From contig CBFHKH010000001.1 in NCBI GenBank assembly GCA_965656375.1, positions 580,291-644,290 of the forward strand: a stretch of DNA of 64,000 bases. Direction: 5' to 3'. This DNA is from Minisyncoccia bacterium. GTDB lineage: Bacteria; Patescibacteriota; Minisyncoccia; Phycocordibacterales; UBA9973. This document shows positions 10,311 through 18,883 of this stretch, piece by piece. Both the position numbers and the translations under genes were made by a program. Each line of letters starts with the position of its first letter. Within the stretch, counting starts at the first letter, position 1. The notes under the pieces were generated by a model, which searched no databases, had not been told where the DNA came from, and saw only the letters and a list, made by a program, of their open reading frames with translations.

Positions 10311-10496
10311 TTACCAAGATGACTTGCGAACGCCTGGGAGCATGCCTTCATTTGCAAGCTCGCGGAAGCAGATACGGCAGAGACCGAAATCCCTCATATA
10401 TGCATGGCCTCGGCCACAGCGAAAACAACGATTTGTTTCTCGTGTGCTAAATTTTGACTTTTTGCGATGTCGAGCTAATACTGATGTTTTTGCCAT
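10311..10496 (-). CDS. rpsZ: 30S ribosomal protein S14 type Z (zinc-binding)
   Basis: 61-aa product [61 protein letters not shown] with the C-x2-C-x12-C-x2-C zinc motif. The track ORF extends into the leader. Confidence 0.9.
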   Translation of the reverse strand: MAKTSVLARHRKKSKFSTRETNRCFRCGRGHAYMRDFGLCRICFRELANEGMLPGVRKSSW

Positions 10497-10508
10497 ATAT
10501 AAATAAAA

Positions 10509-10521
10509 GGGGTATATCCCC
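10509..10521 (-). promoter_or_regulatory. leader hairpin (ggggtatatcccc) about 12 nt upstream of the rpsZ start codon
   Basis: Perfect 4-bp GC stem with an AT-rich loop abutting the presumed ribosome-binding region of rpsZ, in a ~100-nt leader downstream of the predicted rpsZ promoter. Coordinates approximate. Confidence 0.35.
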
Positions 10522-10612
10522 GGTGGATCGTGATATCTCGTTCTTTTTCTCAAAAATCCTTAAACCTATTGATTCTTAAGGAGAAGCACGGATCTACGAC
10601 TCACGTTCCCCT

Positions 10613-10641
10613 ATACTAGCAGATCGGAGTATCTGTGTCAA
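10613..10641 (-). promoter_or_regulatory. sigma70-like promoter for rpsZ-rpsH-rplF...
   Basis: On the minus strand: TTGACA, 17-nt spacer, TGCTAGTAT (TG-extended -10). It lies immediately downstream of the terminator hairpin of the inserted gene 10694-11077. Confidence 0.5.
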
Positions 10642-10645
10642 CAAT

Positions 10646-10671
10646 AAAGGCCATCATAAGAGATGGCCTTT
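10646..10671 (-). terminator. intrinsic terminator hairpin after gene 10694-11077
   Basis: aaaggccatcataagagatggccttt, an 8-bp GC-rich stem flanked by A/T runs. Confidence 0.55.
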
Positions 10672-10693
10672 AAAATAAACGATTGTATGTCAA

Positions 10694-11077
10694 TTAAATA
10701 CTTATTTCTTTTACCCCTTCTGTTAGAGGTTGAGGTACGTTTTCACGTTCTTGCATATACTTAATAATCAGAAGATTATTTTTTTCAACTTCGTTTTTTC
10801 GTTGATCTTCTCTCTTTATAAGCCGCTTTCTCATGAAGAATAAGGATTCCGTCTGGGCATCAGGGATAAAAAATCTGGATCGGATTGCCGTTTCTACTGA
10901 ATCGAGTGTAGTTTTATTTATTATTCCTTCCCTTTCTTTTACCATGAGGTCAGTGCATAGAGAATCAATCATCTTTGAAATAACGGCTGATCGTATTTTA
11001 TATACTTGCCCAACTGTTTGAGCAGTAGCATTAAAAAATACAGTGATAAGTGCAAAGAATAAGATTACTTTTTTCAT
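10694..11077 (-). CDS. small exported protein (signal peptide), unknown function
   Basis: 127 aa. N-terminal MKKVILFFALITVFFNATAQ signal-peptide-like segment. Inserted between rplE and rpsZ, where canonical spc operons have no gene. Confidence 0.55.
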   Translation of the reverse strand: MKKVILFFALITVFFNATAQTVGQVYKIRSAVISKMIDSLCTDLMVKEREGIINKTTLDSVETAIRSRFFIPDAQTESLFFMRKRLIKREDQRKNEVEKNNLLIIKYMQERENVPQPLTEGVKEISI

Positions 11078-11230
11078 AAACAGTTATTTTGATTAGAAAA
11101 TTAGGTGGATCCTATCAGGGAATATTCCCGGAGAAAATCCGCCCAACTTTCTCGCAAAATAACCTATGTAGAAGAACAGTAGTCTGTTACTTTTATAGTA
11201 AGACAGATCTAAAAGGAAGTCAATGGTTAT

Positions 11231-11653
11231 TTATTTACACCTAACTCCAGATGTATACCCTTCTTCATCAAGAGCTGTGGTATAGAAACCTGTGCCATCA
11301 GCACAATAGTATTTATTGGTAGCAGTTTTAATACGTGCGGTGAATGTGTGGACTTTTGCTATGCATTCAACTGGATTATCGATGATTTTATGAAGCGTAT
11401 CGAACTTTGATTGAAGACTCGTGCAAATATTATTCGACTTCGAAACGAAGTAATTGTTGTGATCGTAGAAGAATTTTTTTGCTTGGGATTGGAGTTGTGT
11501 AGAAACAGCATCTTTGACAACAGTCTCTGCAGAATCATAATCCTTATCTTTGACGGATTTCTGAAAAGCAGGGTTCTCATCAAGCTTGAAATACTTATAC
11601 CCGATAAAGAGAAGTATCAAAACGCCAATAATAAAAGCGACAGTTTTGTTCAT
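11231..11653 (-). CDS. membrane-anchored protein (N-terminal TM), unknown function
   Basis: 140 aa. MNKTVAFIIGVLILLFIGYKYF N-terminal anchor, then a Cys-containing soluble domain. Second gene of the insertion between rplE and rpsZ. Confidence 0.55.
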   Translation of the reverse strand: MNKTVAFIIGVLILLFIGYKYFKLDENPAFQKSVKDKDYDSAETVVKDAVSTQLQSQAKKFFYDHNNYFVSKSNNICTSLQSKFDTLHKIIDNPVECIAKVHTFTARIKTATNKYYCADGTGFYTTALDEEGYTSGVRCK

Positions 11654-11682
11654 GTTTTAATTATACCCTGTCTTAATAAATT

Positions 11683-11707
11683 AAAAAGCCCCTTCATGGG
11701 GCTTTTT
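11683..11707 (-). terminator. intrinsic terminator immediately after rplE
   Basis: aaaaagcccc ttcat ggggcttttt; GC stem with a T-run on the minus strand. It is bidirectional in form. Confidence 0.6.
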
Positions 11708-11713
11708 AATTCT

Positions 11714-12253
11714 TTATTTCTTGAATGGGATACCGATGAGTTCAAAGAATTCAGTTGCTTCAGCTTTCGTCTTTGCAGTAGTAACAATTGTAACTGCGAG
11801 GCCGAAAATGTCTTTGATATCTTCATCGCCTGTTTCTGGGAAGATCGTGTGTTCTTTGATGCTCATCGTGAGGTTACCGATGTCATCTACAATCTTGCGT
11901 TCAATTCCACGGAAGTCCTTTGTACGTGGGATAGCAACATTGATGAGTTTATCGAGGAATCCATACATACGTGCACCACGAAGTGTAACCATTACGCCGA
12001 TCGGGTCACCCTGACGCATTTTGAATGATGCGATAGATTTCTTTGCACCGCGAACAGCAGGCTTTTGACCTGTCATTTTTGCAAGGCGCTCCATGACGAA
12101 TTTATTGCGATCTTTATCCTTTTTGATTCCAGATCCTGTACCGACAGCAACAACAACTTTCACCAAGTGAGGCGCAGCCATAGAGCTCTTGTAGCCGTAT
12201 GTACCCTTGAGAGTACTGAATGCTTTCTTTTCTTTTTGTTTGACTGTTTCCAT
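11714..12253 (-). CDS. rplE: 50S ribosomal protein L5
   Basis: 179 aa, strong L5 similarity (AAPHLVKVVV..GTG; RGARMYGFLDKLINVAIPR). Confidence 0.92.
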   Translation of the reverse strand: METVKQKEKKAFSTLKGTYGYKSSMAAPHLVKVVVAVGTGSGIKKDKDRNKFVMERLAKMTGQKPAVRGAKKSIASFKMRQGDPIGVMVTLRGARMYGFLDKLINVAIPRTKDFRGIERKIVDDIGNLTMSIKEHTIFPETGDEDIKDIFGLAVTIVTTAKTKAEATEFFELIGIPFKK

Positions 12254-12271
12254 AATATAAATATGTGCTTA

Positions 12272-12490
12272 TTACTTCTCCAACGCTACGTTTGATACGT
12301 TGATTGGCATTGCGATCTCGAGTATCTGACTCTGGTCTCCGCGCTTCTGTGACTTGTGAGATTTCTTTCTCATGTTTACGCCTTCAACGATCACCTTATT
12401 CTCGGATGGGATTGCTTTTACCACTGTGCCCTTCTTTCCTTTATTTGCACCTGCGATAACTCTTACTTTGTCTCCTTTCTTGATTTTCAT
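12272..12490 (-). CDS. rplX: 50S ribosomal protein L24
   Basis: 72 aa. KOW motif MKIKKGDKVRVIAGANKGKKGTV. Confidence 0.9.
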   Translation of the reverse strand: MKIKKGDKVRVIAGANKGKKGTVVKAIPSENKVIVEGVNMRKKSHKSQKRGDQSQILEIAMPINVSNVALEK

Positions 12491-12502
12491 ATATAAAAAT
12501 AA

Positions 12503-12874
12503 TTAAATAACTTCTTGAGCTAAGGAGATAATCTTCTGGTATCCGCGCTCTGCGAGCTCACGTGGAATCGGTCCGAATACGCGACCACCCTTCGGATCCT
12601 GCTTGTCTTTTTCAAGGATTACAACAGCATTGTCGTCAAAGCGAATGTATGAGCCATCCTTTCGGCGATATGCTTTTACTGTACGAACAACAACAGCCTG
12701 GCAAACATCCTTTTTCTTTACACCCTTGCGAGGTTCTGCAATCTTTACTGAGATGATGACTTTATCGCCAATACCAGCATAGCGGCGCTTTGATGAGCCG
12801 AGTACTTTGAAGACCTTGCCAACTTTACCGCCGGCATTGTCTGTGATATTTACTACTGTTCCGTCTTGTATCAT
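12503..12874 (-). CDS. rplN: 50S ribosomal protein L14
   Basis: 123 aa. MIQDGTVVNITDNAGGK...AVVVRT L14 signature. Confidence 0.92.
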   Translation of the reverse strand: MIQDGTVVNITDNAGGKVGKVFKVLGSSKRRYAGIGDKVIISVKIAEPRKGVKKKDVCQAVVVRTVKAYRRKDGSYIRFDDNAVVILEKDKQDPKGGRVFGPIPRELAERGYQKIISLAQEVI

Positions 12875-12895
12875 ATAATTTAAGGTAAATATTAA

Positions 12896-13138
12896 CTATA
12901 GCACTTTAAACTTCTTGTCTTTTGATATTGGGCGTGTTTCTTCGATTGAAACCATGTCGCCTACTTTCTTACTATTGTTTTCATCATGAGCTTTGTATTT
13001 CTTGCTCTTCTTGATGCGCTTGCCGTATTTCTTGTGTTCAACAAAGCGAGTCACGTTCACCACGACAGTTTTATCCATCTTGTCTGAAACGACAATACCT
13101 TTAAGAACCTTCTTTGATTGTTTTGTTTCTTTTGTCAT
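12896..13138 (-). CDS. rpsQ: 30S ribosomal protein S17
   Basis: 80 aa. [21 protein letters not shown]17 signature. It directly abuts rplP, so no rpmC (L29) lies between them. Confidence 0.9.
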   Translation of the reverse strand: MTKETKQSKKVLKGIVVSDKMDKTVVVNVTRFVEHKKYGKRIKKSKKYKAHDENNSKKVGDMVSIEETRPISKDKKFKVL

Positions 13139-13143
13139 ATAGT

Positions 13144-13560
13144 TTATCGTGCAACAATGCGAGTAGTAACTGGAAGCTTTGTACCAGCCTTGCGAAGTGC
13201 TTCGCGAGCAGTAGCTTCAGGAACTCCATCAACCTCAAATAATACGCGGCCTGGACGAACATCGAGGCAGTATCCCTGTGGATCACCTTTACCCTTTCCC
13301 ATTCCCACTTCTGCAGGTTTTGCGGTAAATGGTCGATCAGGGAATATACGGATCCACATGCGGCCTGTTTTGCCGATTGTTCGTGAAGTTACCTTACGAG
13401 CAGACTCAATCTGATTTGAACGAATACGTCCACCAGCTGTCGCCTTGAGACCATACGAACCGAAGGCAATAGTAATACCGCGTGTATCAGGAGTTACTTT
13501 CCTCATATCTGTACGGCTTGTCTGCCACTTTCTAAATTTTACTTTTTTTGGTGTTAACAT
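13144..13560 (-). CDS. rplP: 50S ribosomal protein L16
   Basis: 138 aa. [15 protein letters not shown]16 N-terminus. Confidence 0.92.
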   Translation of the reverse strand: MLTPKKVKFRKWQTSRTDMRKVTPDTRGITIAFGSYGLKATAGGRIRSNQIESARKVTSRTIGKTGRMWIRIFPDRPFTAKPAEVGMGKGKGDPQGYCLDVRPGRVLFEVDGVPEATAREALRKAGTKLPVTTRIVAR

Positions 13561-13569
13561 AAAATTTTC

Positions 13570-14232
13570 TTATTTCTTCTCTGCATTAAAAACTTCACCA
13601 CGATAAATCCAGACCTTGATACCGATATCACCATAACTCATATGAGCTTTTTCACGAGCAAAGTCTACATCTGCGCGGAATGTCTGAAGTGGAATTGAAC
13701 CACGCTTTATCTGCTCAGAACGTGCAATTTCAGATCCAGCAAGTCGGCCACCGACATAGATACGTGCTCCTTTTACTCCACGAGCGCTCATTACTTTTTC
13801 GATAGTAGTCTTGATAACACGGCGGTATGGAAGGCGCTTTTCAAGTCCTTCAGCGATCATACATGCAACGATTGCAGCATCTGCATCTGGATTTGTAACT
13901 TCAACAATATCGAATTTGAAATCTTCAGGGATAGTGACACCTTTCTTTTTGAGCGCTGCTACGAGATCTGTTTTAAGTTTTGCTGCACCTTCACCAGAGC
14001 GACCAATGATCATACCAGGGCGTGAAGTGTGTACCATGACCTTTGTTGCCTTTACATTGCGCTCTATCTCAATGCGAGATACATAGAAACCACGGAGTTT
14101 CTTCATGAGGAACTCGCGGATAACAACGTCACTCTTGAGGAGGTCTTTGTATTTCTTATCAGCAAACCAGCGTGATTTCCAATCACGGAGGGTTACAAGT
14201 CTATGAGCGTATGGATGGACTACTTTTGACAT
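13570..14232 (-). CDS. rpsC: 30S ribosomal protein S3
   Basis: 220 aa. KH domain plus the S3 C-terminal domain (GIKVWIY.GEVF). Confidence 0.92.
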   Translation of the reverse strand: MSKVVHPYAHRLVTLRDWKSRWFADKKYKDLLKSDVVIREFLMKKLRGFYVSRIEIERNVKATKVMVHTSRPGMIIGRSGEGAAKLKTDLVAALKKKGVTIPEDFKFDIVEVTNPDADAAIVACMIAEGLEKRLPYRRVIKTTIEKVMSARGVKGARIYVGGRLAGSEIARSEQIKRGSIPLQTFRADVDFAREKAHMSYGDIGIKVWIYRGEVFNAEKK

Positions 14233-14250
14233 ATATTTTACGGATAGCGA

Positions 14251-14670
14251 TTAGCTTTTAGCGGCTAGCTTTTTAGGGGTCGACTTTTGGACTTTTGTTT
14301 TTGCTTCTTTTACCTCTTTCTTCTCAGCTTTTACTTTCTTTGCTTCTGTCTTCTCTACGAGAGTAAGGGCTACATGACTTGTGCGCTTGTTGATTCGTGA
14401 TGCTGAACCCTGGGCTCGAGGCATAGAACGCTTGAGAACAATGCCTTTATTTACAGTCATATTTTCTATGTATAGGTTCTCTTCATTCACTCCAGCTTGC
14501 TTGGCATTAGCGACAGCCGACTTGAGGAGCTGCTCCATAGGGCCTGTAGCGCGTTTTGGGAGTGCTCGCAATTGAACAAAAGCATCGGCAACCCTTTTGC
14601 CTTTGAGGAGTCCAGCTACAAGGCGAACCTTGCGGGGAGACTGTCTGTAGTTTTTTAAAAATGCTTTCAT
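14251..14670 (-). CDS. rplV: 50S ribosomal protein L22
   Basis: 139 aa. L22 core with a Lys/Ala-rich C-terminal tail. Confidence 0.9.
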   Translation of the reverse strand: MKAFLKNYRQSPRKVRLVAGLLKGKRVADAFVQLRALPKRATGPMEQLLKSAVANAKQAGVNEENLYIENMTVNKGIVLKRSMPRAQGSASRINKRTSHVALTLVEKTEAKKVKAEKKEVKEAKTKVQKSTPKKLAAKS

Positions 14671-14677
14671 ACGTTAA

Positions 14678-15022
14678 TTATTTCTTCTTTGTATCGGTCG
14701 AGGCTTTAGCGGACTTTGCTGCGGATATTTCGGCTTCTTTCTTCTTCTGCTCTAATTCCTTCTGCATCTTACCTCCGTGTCGGACGAACTTGCGGGTCGG
14801 GGAGAATTCACCGAGTCTATGACCTACCATGTCTTCACTGACCAGGACTTCCACGTGTGTTTTACCATTGTGGACTCCGAACACGAATCCTACCATTTCT
14901 GGAGAGATAACGCATGCTCGTGACCAGGTCTTTATCATACCTGTCTCGATCGGCTTTTTACCGGCAATCTTCTTAAGAAGCCGTTCGTCGACGTATGGAC
15001 CTTTTTTGAGTGATCGTGTCAT
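14678..15022 (-). CDS. rpsS: 30S ribosomal protein S19
   Basis: 114 aa. [16 protein letters not shown]...GHRLGEF S19 signature with a basic C-terminal extension. Confidence 0.92.
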   Translation of the reverse strand: MTRSLKKGPYVDERLLKKIAGKKPIETGMIKTWSRACVISPEMVGFVFGVHNGKTHVEVLVSEDMVGHRLGEFSPTRKFVRHGGKMQKELEQKKKEAEISAAKSAKASTDTKKK

Positions 15023-15063
15023 GTGATTACAATATAAATAAGCTCGTGTGAGCTCGTCCGTCT

Positions 15064-15091
15064 ATACTAGCAAATATAGAAATAATGTCAA
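15064..15091 (-). promoter_or_regulatory. sigma70-like promoter for rpsS-rplV-..., created downstream of the pyr island
   Basis: Minus strand: TTGACA, 16-nt spacer, TGCTAGTAT. The extended -10 block is the same as at the rpsZ promoter. Confidence 0.5.
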
Positions 15092-15200
15092 ATTATTGAT
15101 GACAGGGCATCTGAGATGCAATCTTATTTGACAAACACTCCAAGAAAGGTAGGATTACTAGAAATTCACTATATTTTGTAAACACTTAAAAGTATAAATT

Positions 15201-16127
15201 ATGAACTTCTTTGAAAAAGACCAGCTGCCCATCGGTAACGGTGGTGGCACATGCAAAACGATTAAGGATGTTGAAAAACTTCTGGCAACCGCCATCTCTG
15301 TTATAGAAATTGGTACTATAACATTCGAGGCAAGGCTCGGGAATGAGGGAAATGTTCAACATGATGGAATAACCTATACTCTTAATTCATTGGGTATGCC
15401 TAATCCTGGAATAAAGTACTACAGGGAGAATCTACCTAAGATGATAGAGATGATTCATGAAAAAGGGAAAAAGGTAATAGTTAATATTGCCGGATTCTCA
15501 GGAAATGAATGGATAGAACTATCCCGATTAGCTGTTATAAGTGGCGCTGATTTTACACTTTTGAATTACGGTTGCCCAAATATTTGGGTTAGGGGTAGCC
15601 AAAAAACTATTTTAAGCTATGATTATGGTTTAAAAAAATTTGATGAGATTACCCGGATTGTCATAATCAACAACCAGGAATATGCAAAGCAAGGCAGAAT
15701 TGGAATAAAACTTTCACCTATAATTGACCCCGTGCATATGAGCACTGTAGCAAATCTGATTAATAGATTTTCTACTCTTGGGTATGGTCATATTGGATTT
15801 GTAACAAGCCAGAATACTGTTCCCAATTGTTACGATGAAGATACTACTGGTAAATCTTTCGTCGACCCTGCAGGCGGATTGGCAGGTATGGGCGGCAACG
15901 CCATACTTCCAATGGCGTTAGGCCAGGTACGACAACTAAGAGCATTGCTCAAGCCAAATATAAAGATCATCGGCGTTGGGGGCGTAGATTCAGGCGAAGG
16001 TGTAATAAAAATGCTACACGTAGGAGCGGATTTTGTGCAGATAACATCAGCATATTATTTTAAAGAAGATCCTGGTGTATTTAACTACATAGGGGCAGAA
16101 TACATTGAGCTAAAGGCTTTTTCGTAA
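15201..16127 (+). CDS. pyrD: dihydroorotate dehydrogenase, class 1 (Cys active site)
   Basis: 308 aa TIM barrel. NYGCPN (class-1 N-x-S/G-C-P-N active-site motif) and C-terminal IGVGGVDSGEGVIKMLHVGADFVQITSA FMN-binding motif. No pyrK is adjacent, which suggests class 1A. Confidence 0.8.
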   Translation: MNFFEKDQLPIGNGGGTCKTIKDVEKLLATAISVIEIGTITFEARLGNEGNVQHDGITYTLNSLGMPNPGIKYYRENLPKMIEMIHEKGKKVIVNIAGFSGNEWIELSRLAVISGADFTLLNYGCPNIWVRGSQKTILSYDYGLKKFDEITRIVIINNQEYAKQGRIGIKLSPIIDPVHMSTVANLINRFSTLGYGHIGFVTSQNTVPNCYDEDTTGKSFVDPAGGLAGMGGNAILPMALGQVRQLRALLKPNIKIIGVGGVDSGEGVIKMLHVGADFVQITSAYYFKEDPGVFNYIGAEYIELKAFS

Positions 16128-16146
16128 ATAAACAGGTTAATAATAG

Positions 16147-16181
16147 AATTCCTCCCGTCTTTGACTGGAGGAATTTTTGTT
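16147..16181 (+). terminator. intrinsic terminator after pyrD
   Basis: aattcctcc cgtctttgact ggaggaatt followed by ttttgtttg. Confidence 0.6.
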
Positions 16182-16261
16182 TGCATTTTAAGCTTGAAAA
16201 GCATAGGATAAGTAAAATTTGGCTTTTGGGATATCCCATTTAAACTTTAAAAATAAATATT

Positions 16262-17608
16262 ATGAAAGCAACGCTTATTCGGAATGTACAAGTTGTGTTT
16301 GGGGATGCTCCGGCACGAAGGGCTGATGTGTTGATAGTCGGCTCATATATCGCAAAGATCGCTGATCCGAATTCAATAAACGTACCGAACATACACGTCA
16401 TTGATGGAAAAAATTTGTATTTATTCCCCGGAGTGATTGATGATCAGGTACACTTTCGTGAGCCTGGACTTACCCATAAAGCTGAAATTCAAACAGAAGC
16501 GAAGGCGGCTGTTGCCGGTGGAGTAACCAGCTTTATGGAAATGCCAAATACAGTTCCGAACGCTGTTACCATCGAATTATTAGAGGAAAAATACACCCGA
16601 GCTTCACAATGCTCGCTTGCAAATTATTCTTTTTATATGGGAACGACGAACGATAACTTGGAAGAGTTATTAAAGGTTGATCCTAAAAATGTGTGCGGTA
16701 TAAAGATCTTTATGGGAAGCAGTACAGGCAATATGCTGGTAGATAACCAGGAAGTTTTAGAGAAGATTTTCTCTAGCGTAAAAATGCTGATCGCCACGCA
16801 TTGCGAAGATGATTCGATGATACAAGAGAATTTGGAAAGGGAAAAAGCAGAACGTACCGAAGAAAGTTTTACAGCAGAGCTTCATCCTATCATTCGTGAT
16901 GACAAAGCATGCTACAGTTCATCTTCTTTTGCCGTAGAGTTAGCAAAAAAGTATGGGACAAGGCTTCATGTGCTCCATATTAGCTCTGGGATAGAAACAA
17001 AATTATTCCAGAGTGATATTCCATTGGAAGAAAAAAAGATAACTGCGGAAGCATGCGTGCACCACCTTTATTTCTCAAGTAAGGATTATGCGGAAAAAGG
17101 TAACTTTATAAAATGGAACCCTGCAATCAAATTACCAAAGGATCGTACAGCTGTTTGGAATGCTGTACTCAACGGTTGGATTGATGTTATTGCGACAGAT
17201 CATGCTCCTCACACTGAGGAAGAAAAACGGCTTCCCTATTTACAAGCTCCATCCGGTGGACCATTGGTGCAACACGGATTAAACGCGATGCTTGAATTTG
17301 CATTTGAAGGAAAAATCAGCAAGCAGAAGATCGTACAGATGATGTGCAATAATCCAGCTACGTTATTTCAGATTGAAAAAAGGGGTTTTATCCGGGAAGG
17401 ATACTATGCTGATCTTGTACTGGTTGATATGAATACTGAGTATACGGTCAGTAAAGAAAACATCTTTTATAAGTGCGGCTGGAGTCCCTTTGAAGGTAAG
17501 ACATTTCATTCTGTAATTACGCATACTTTTGTAAATGGTAATCTAGTTTATCATGATGGAAAATTCAATCCCCACATCATGGGAAAGAGATTAACATTCA
17601 ACAGATAG
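16262..17608 (+). CDS. pyrC: dihydroorotase (cyclic amidohydrolase family)
   Basis: 448 aa. DDQVHFREPG (HxH metal-site region) and ATDHAPH motifs of the dihydroorotase / allantoinase amidohydrolases. Confidence 0.8.
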   Translation: MKATLIRNVQVVFGDAPARRADVLIVGSYIAKIADPNSINVPNIHVIDGKNLYLFPGVIDDQVHFREPGLTHKAEIQTEAKAAVAGGVTSFMEMPNTVPNAVTIELLEEKYTRASQCSLANYSFYMGTTNDNLEELLKVDPKNVCGIKIFMGSSTGNMLVDNQEVLEKIFSSVKMLIATHCEDDSMIQENLEREKAERTEESFTAELHPIIRDDKACYSSSSFAVELAKKYGTRLHVLHISSGIETKLFQSDIPLEEKKITAEACVHHLYFSSKDYAEKGNFIKWNPAIKLPKDRTAVWNAVLNGWIDVIATDHAPHTEEEKRLPYLQAPSGGPLVQHGLNAMLEFAFEGKISKQKIVQMMCNNPATLFQIEKRGFIREGYYADLVLVDMNTEYTVSKENIFYKCGWSPFEGKTFHSVITHTFVNGNLVYHDGKFNPHIMGKRLTFNR

Positions 17609-17632
17609 AACCTATGTGCAATTAATTTATAT

Positions 17633-17662
17633 ATTCCTGCTCAATTTGAGCAGGAATTTTTT
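17633..17662 (+). terminator. intrinsic terminator after pyrC
   Basis: ttcctgctc aatttg gagcaggaa + tttttt. The stem sequence is related to the pyrD terminator (aattcct..aggaattttt). Confidence 0.6.
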
Positions 17663-17742
17663 ATTTGACAAAAAATAGGATTACGGTAGGATGAGGAAAA
17701 ATTCTAATCTAACAATTTTGATAACACGTAAACCAAACGATT

Positions 17743-18810
17743 ATGAACAGTTATTTGAAAAGTCTCGCCCGTATACTTGGGCGTACAATGCTTCTTATAA
17801 AAGCAACGACGTACAGAAGTGAACCTTACAAATGGGCTTCCGGCATGTTGATGCATATCTACAATGACAACAGAATGATGTTGGGAGTCTACAGCCACCG
17901 CTGGCGCATAGCAGCAGGCTTTGCTGAACTGATAAAAGGTCACAAAGTCTCACCCACATACATACTGGGTACCAGCACTGCTGGTATTGCTCCCGCAACT
18001 TCTGTAGCCCAATATATGAAAAAGAAAATGTTGATAAATGAAGGAGGAAAATTCTACCTTTATGAAGAAGGTTTGCTGAAATCTGAAACTTTCAAGTATC
18101 AGTGGTTCAAAGAATTTTCTACTATCAAGCCAGGGGACAGAAGTAGGTATGCTATTGTAACAACATCACCGCTCGCCATACCATATGGCGTCCAGTATGC
18201 CAATGAATTTAAAGTTGGATTTGCGTATGTACGCAAAAATGCAAAAGACCACGGTAAAGAATTACAGGTTGAAGGAAATTTAAAACGTGGAACAAAAGTT
18301 GTACTGATGTTCACTGGAACATCAGAAGACGATGTTACCACTGCACACAATACCACTGTAAAAACATTAGAAGATATGGGATGTATTGTGTTGAGTGTAT
18401 ATGGGATTGATCTTTTAAATGGATCACGACACAAGGAAGCAACTTTGGAAGATTTGCGGAATAAGAAAACTGCTGTAATAGAAGATCTGTTTTCTACCGG
18501 CGGAAGTGCAGCATATGAAGTGTTCCAACTTCGCCAGGCAGGTGCAATTTGCAATTATTGCTTTTCCATTTTCAGTTATGATTTTGATGTATTGAAGAAG
18601 CAATTTTCCGGTGAGTCAGAAATTGGCACCAAGAGGGTGTGGCTTTCAATGTCATGTATAACTGATACCTTATTACCATTTTCTATCCTTTGTGAGGAAA
18701 TGGAAAAATTAGGATTCTTCTCAGAAGAGATTAGGATATCAATGAAGGAGGAGATTGAGAATTTTGATCTGAATTATCAAAAATTCCTCCAAACTAATGG
18801 AGCCTCTTAA
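17743..18810 (+). CDS. pyrE: orotate phosphoribosyltransferase, unusually long (355 aa) with an inserted segment and an extra C-terminal PRPP-binding-like motif
   Basis: The N-terminal ~230 aa align by eye with E. coli PyrE (SG..SPY..N; G.AYKGIPIAT region; RK.AKDHG motif; VVLMFTGTSEDDVTT PRPP loop). An insertion of ~55 aa lies after the first half. The C-terminal ~110 aa carry a second, better-conserved PRPP motif, AVIEDLFSTGGSAAY. Confidence 0.7.
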   Translation: MNSYLKSLARILGRTMLLIKATTYRSEPYKWASGMLMHIYNDNRMMLGVYSHRWRIAAGFAELIKGHKVSPTYILGTSTAGIAPATSVAQYMKKKMLINEGGKFYLYEEGLLKSETFKYQWFKEFSTIKPGDRSRYAIVTTSPLAIPYGVQYANEFKVGFAYVRKNAKDHGKELQVEGNLKRGTKVVLMFTGTSEDDVTTAHNTTVKTLEDMGCIVLSVYGIDLLNGSRHKEATLEDLRNKKTAVIEDLFSTGGSAAYEVFQLRQAGAICNYCFSIFSYDFDVLKKQFSGESEIGTKRVWLSMSCITDTLLPFSILCEEMEKLGFFSEEIRISMKEEIENFDLNYQKFLQTNGAS

Positions 18811-18828
18811 GGCTAAGAATAAATAGTA

Positions 18829-18860
18829 AAAAACCGGGATGGTAAAATCCCGGTTTTTTT
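18829..18860. terminator. bidirectional terminator between convergent pyrE and pyrF
   Basis: accgggat ggtaaa atcccggt with an A-run upstream and a T-run downstream. Confidence 0.65.
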
Positions 18861-18883
18861 ATTTAAGATAAAACAACGTTACA

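Noticed and set aside
11411-12028. 205-aa plus-strand ORF
   Set aside because: It lies entirely antisense to rplE and the rplE leader. Low-complexity composition and no motifs; a shadow ORF of the highly conserved L5 gene.
14233-14290. TAGC/GCTAG-rich repeats that looked like an intergenic motif (tagcgattagcttttagcggctagcttttt)
   Set aside because: The ORF track shows that the rplV stop is at 14251. Most of this sequence is the coding 3' end of rplV (the Lys/Ala-rich tail), and the true rpsC-rplV gap is only ~18 nt.
15041-15056. rpsS leader hairpin agctc-gtgt-gagct
   Set aside because: The stem is only 5 bp and the flanking agctcg units are a direct, not inverted, repeat. Too weak to call a regulatory structure.
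17665-17700. Promoter for pyrE (TTGACA ... TAGGAT)
   Set aside because: The -35 is good, but the best -10 candidate (TAGGAT, 16-nt spacer) is weak and alternative spacings are poor. Left uncalled as a feature.
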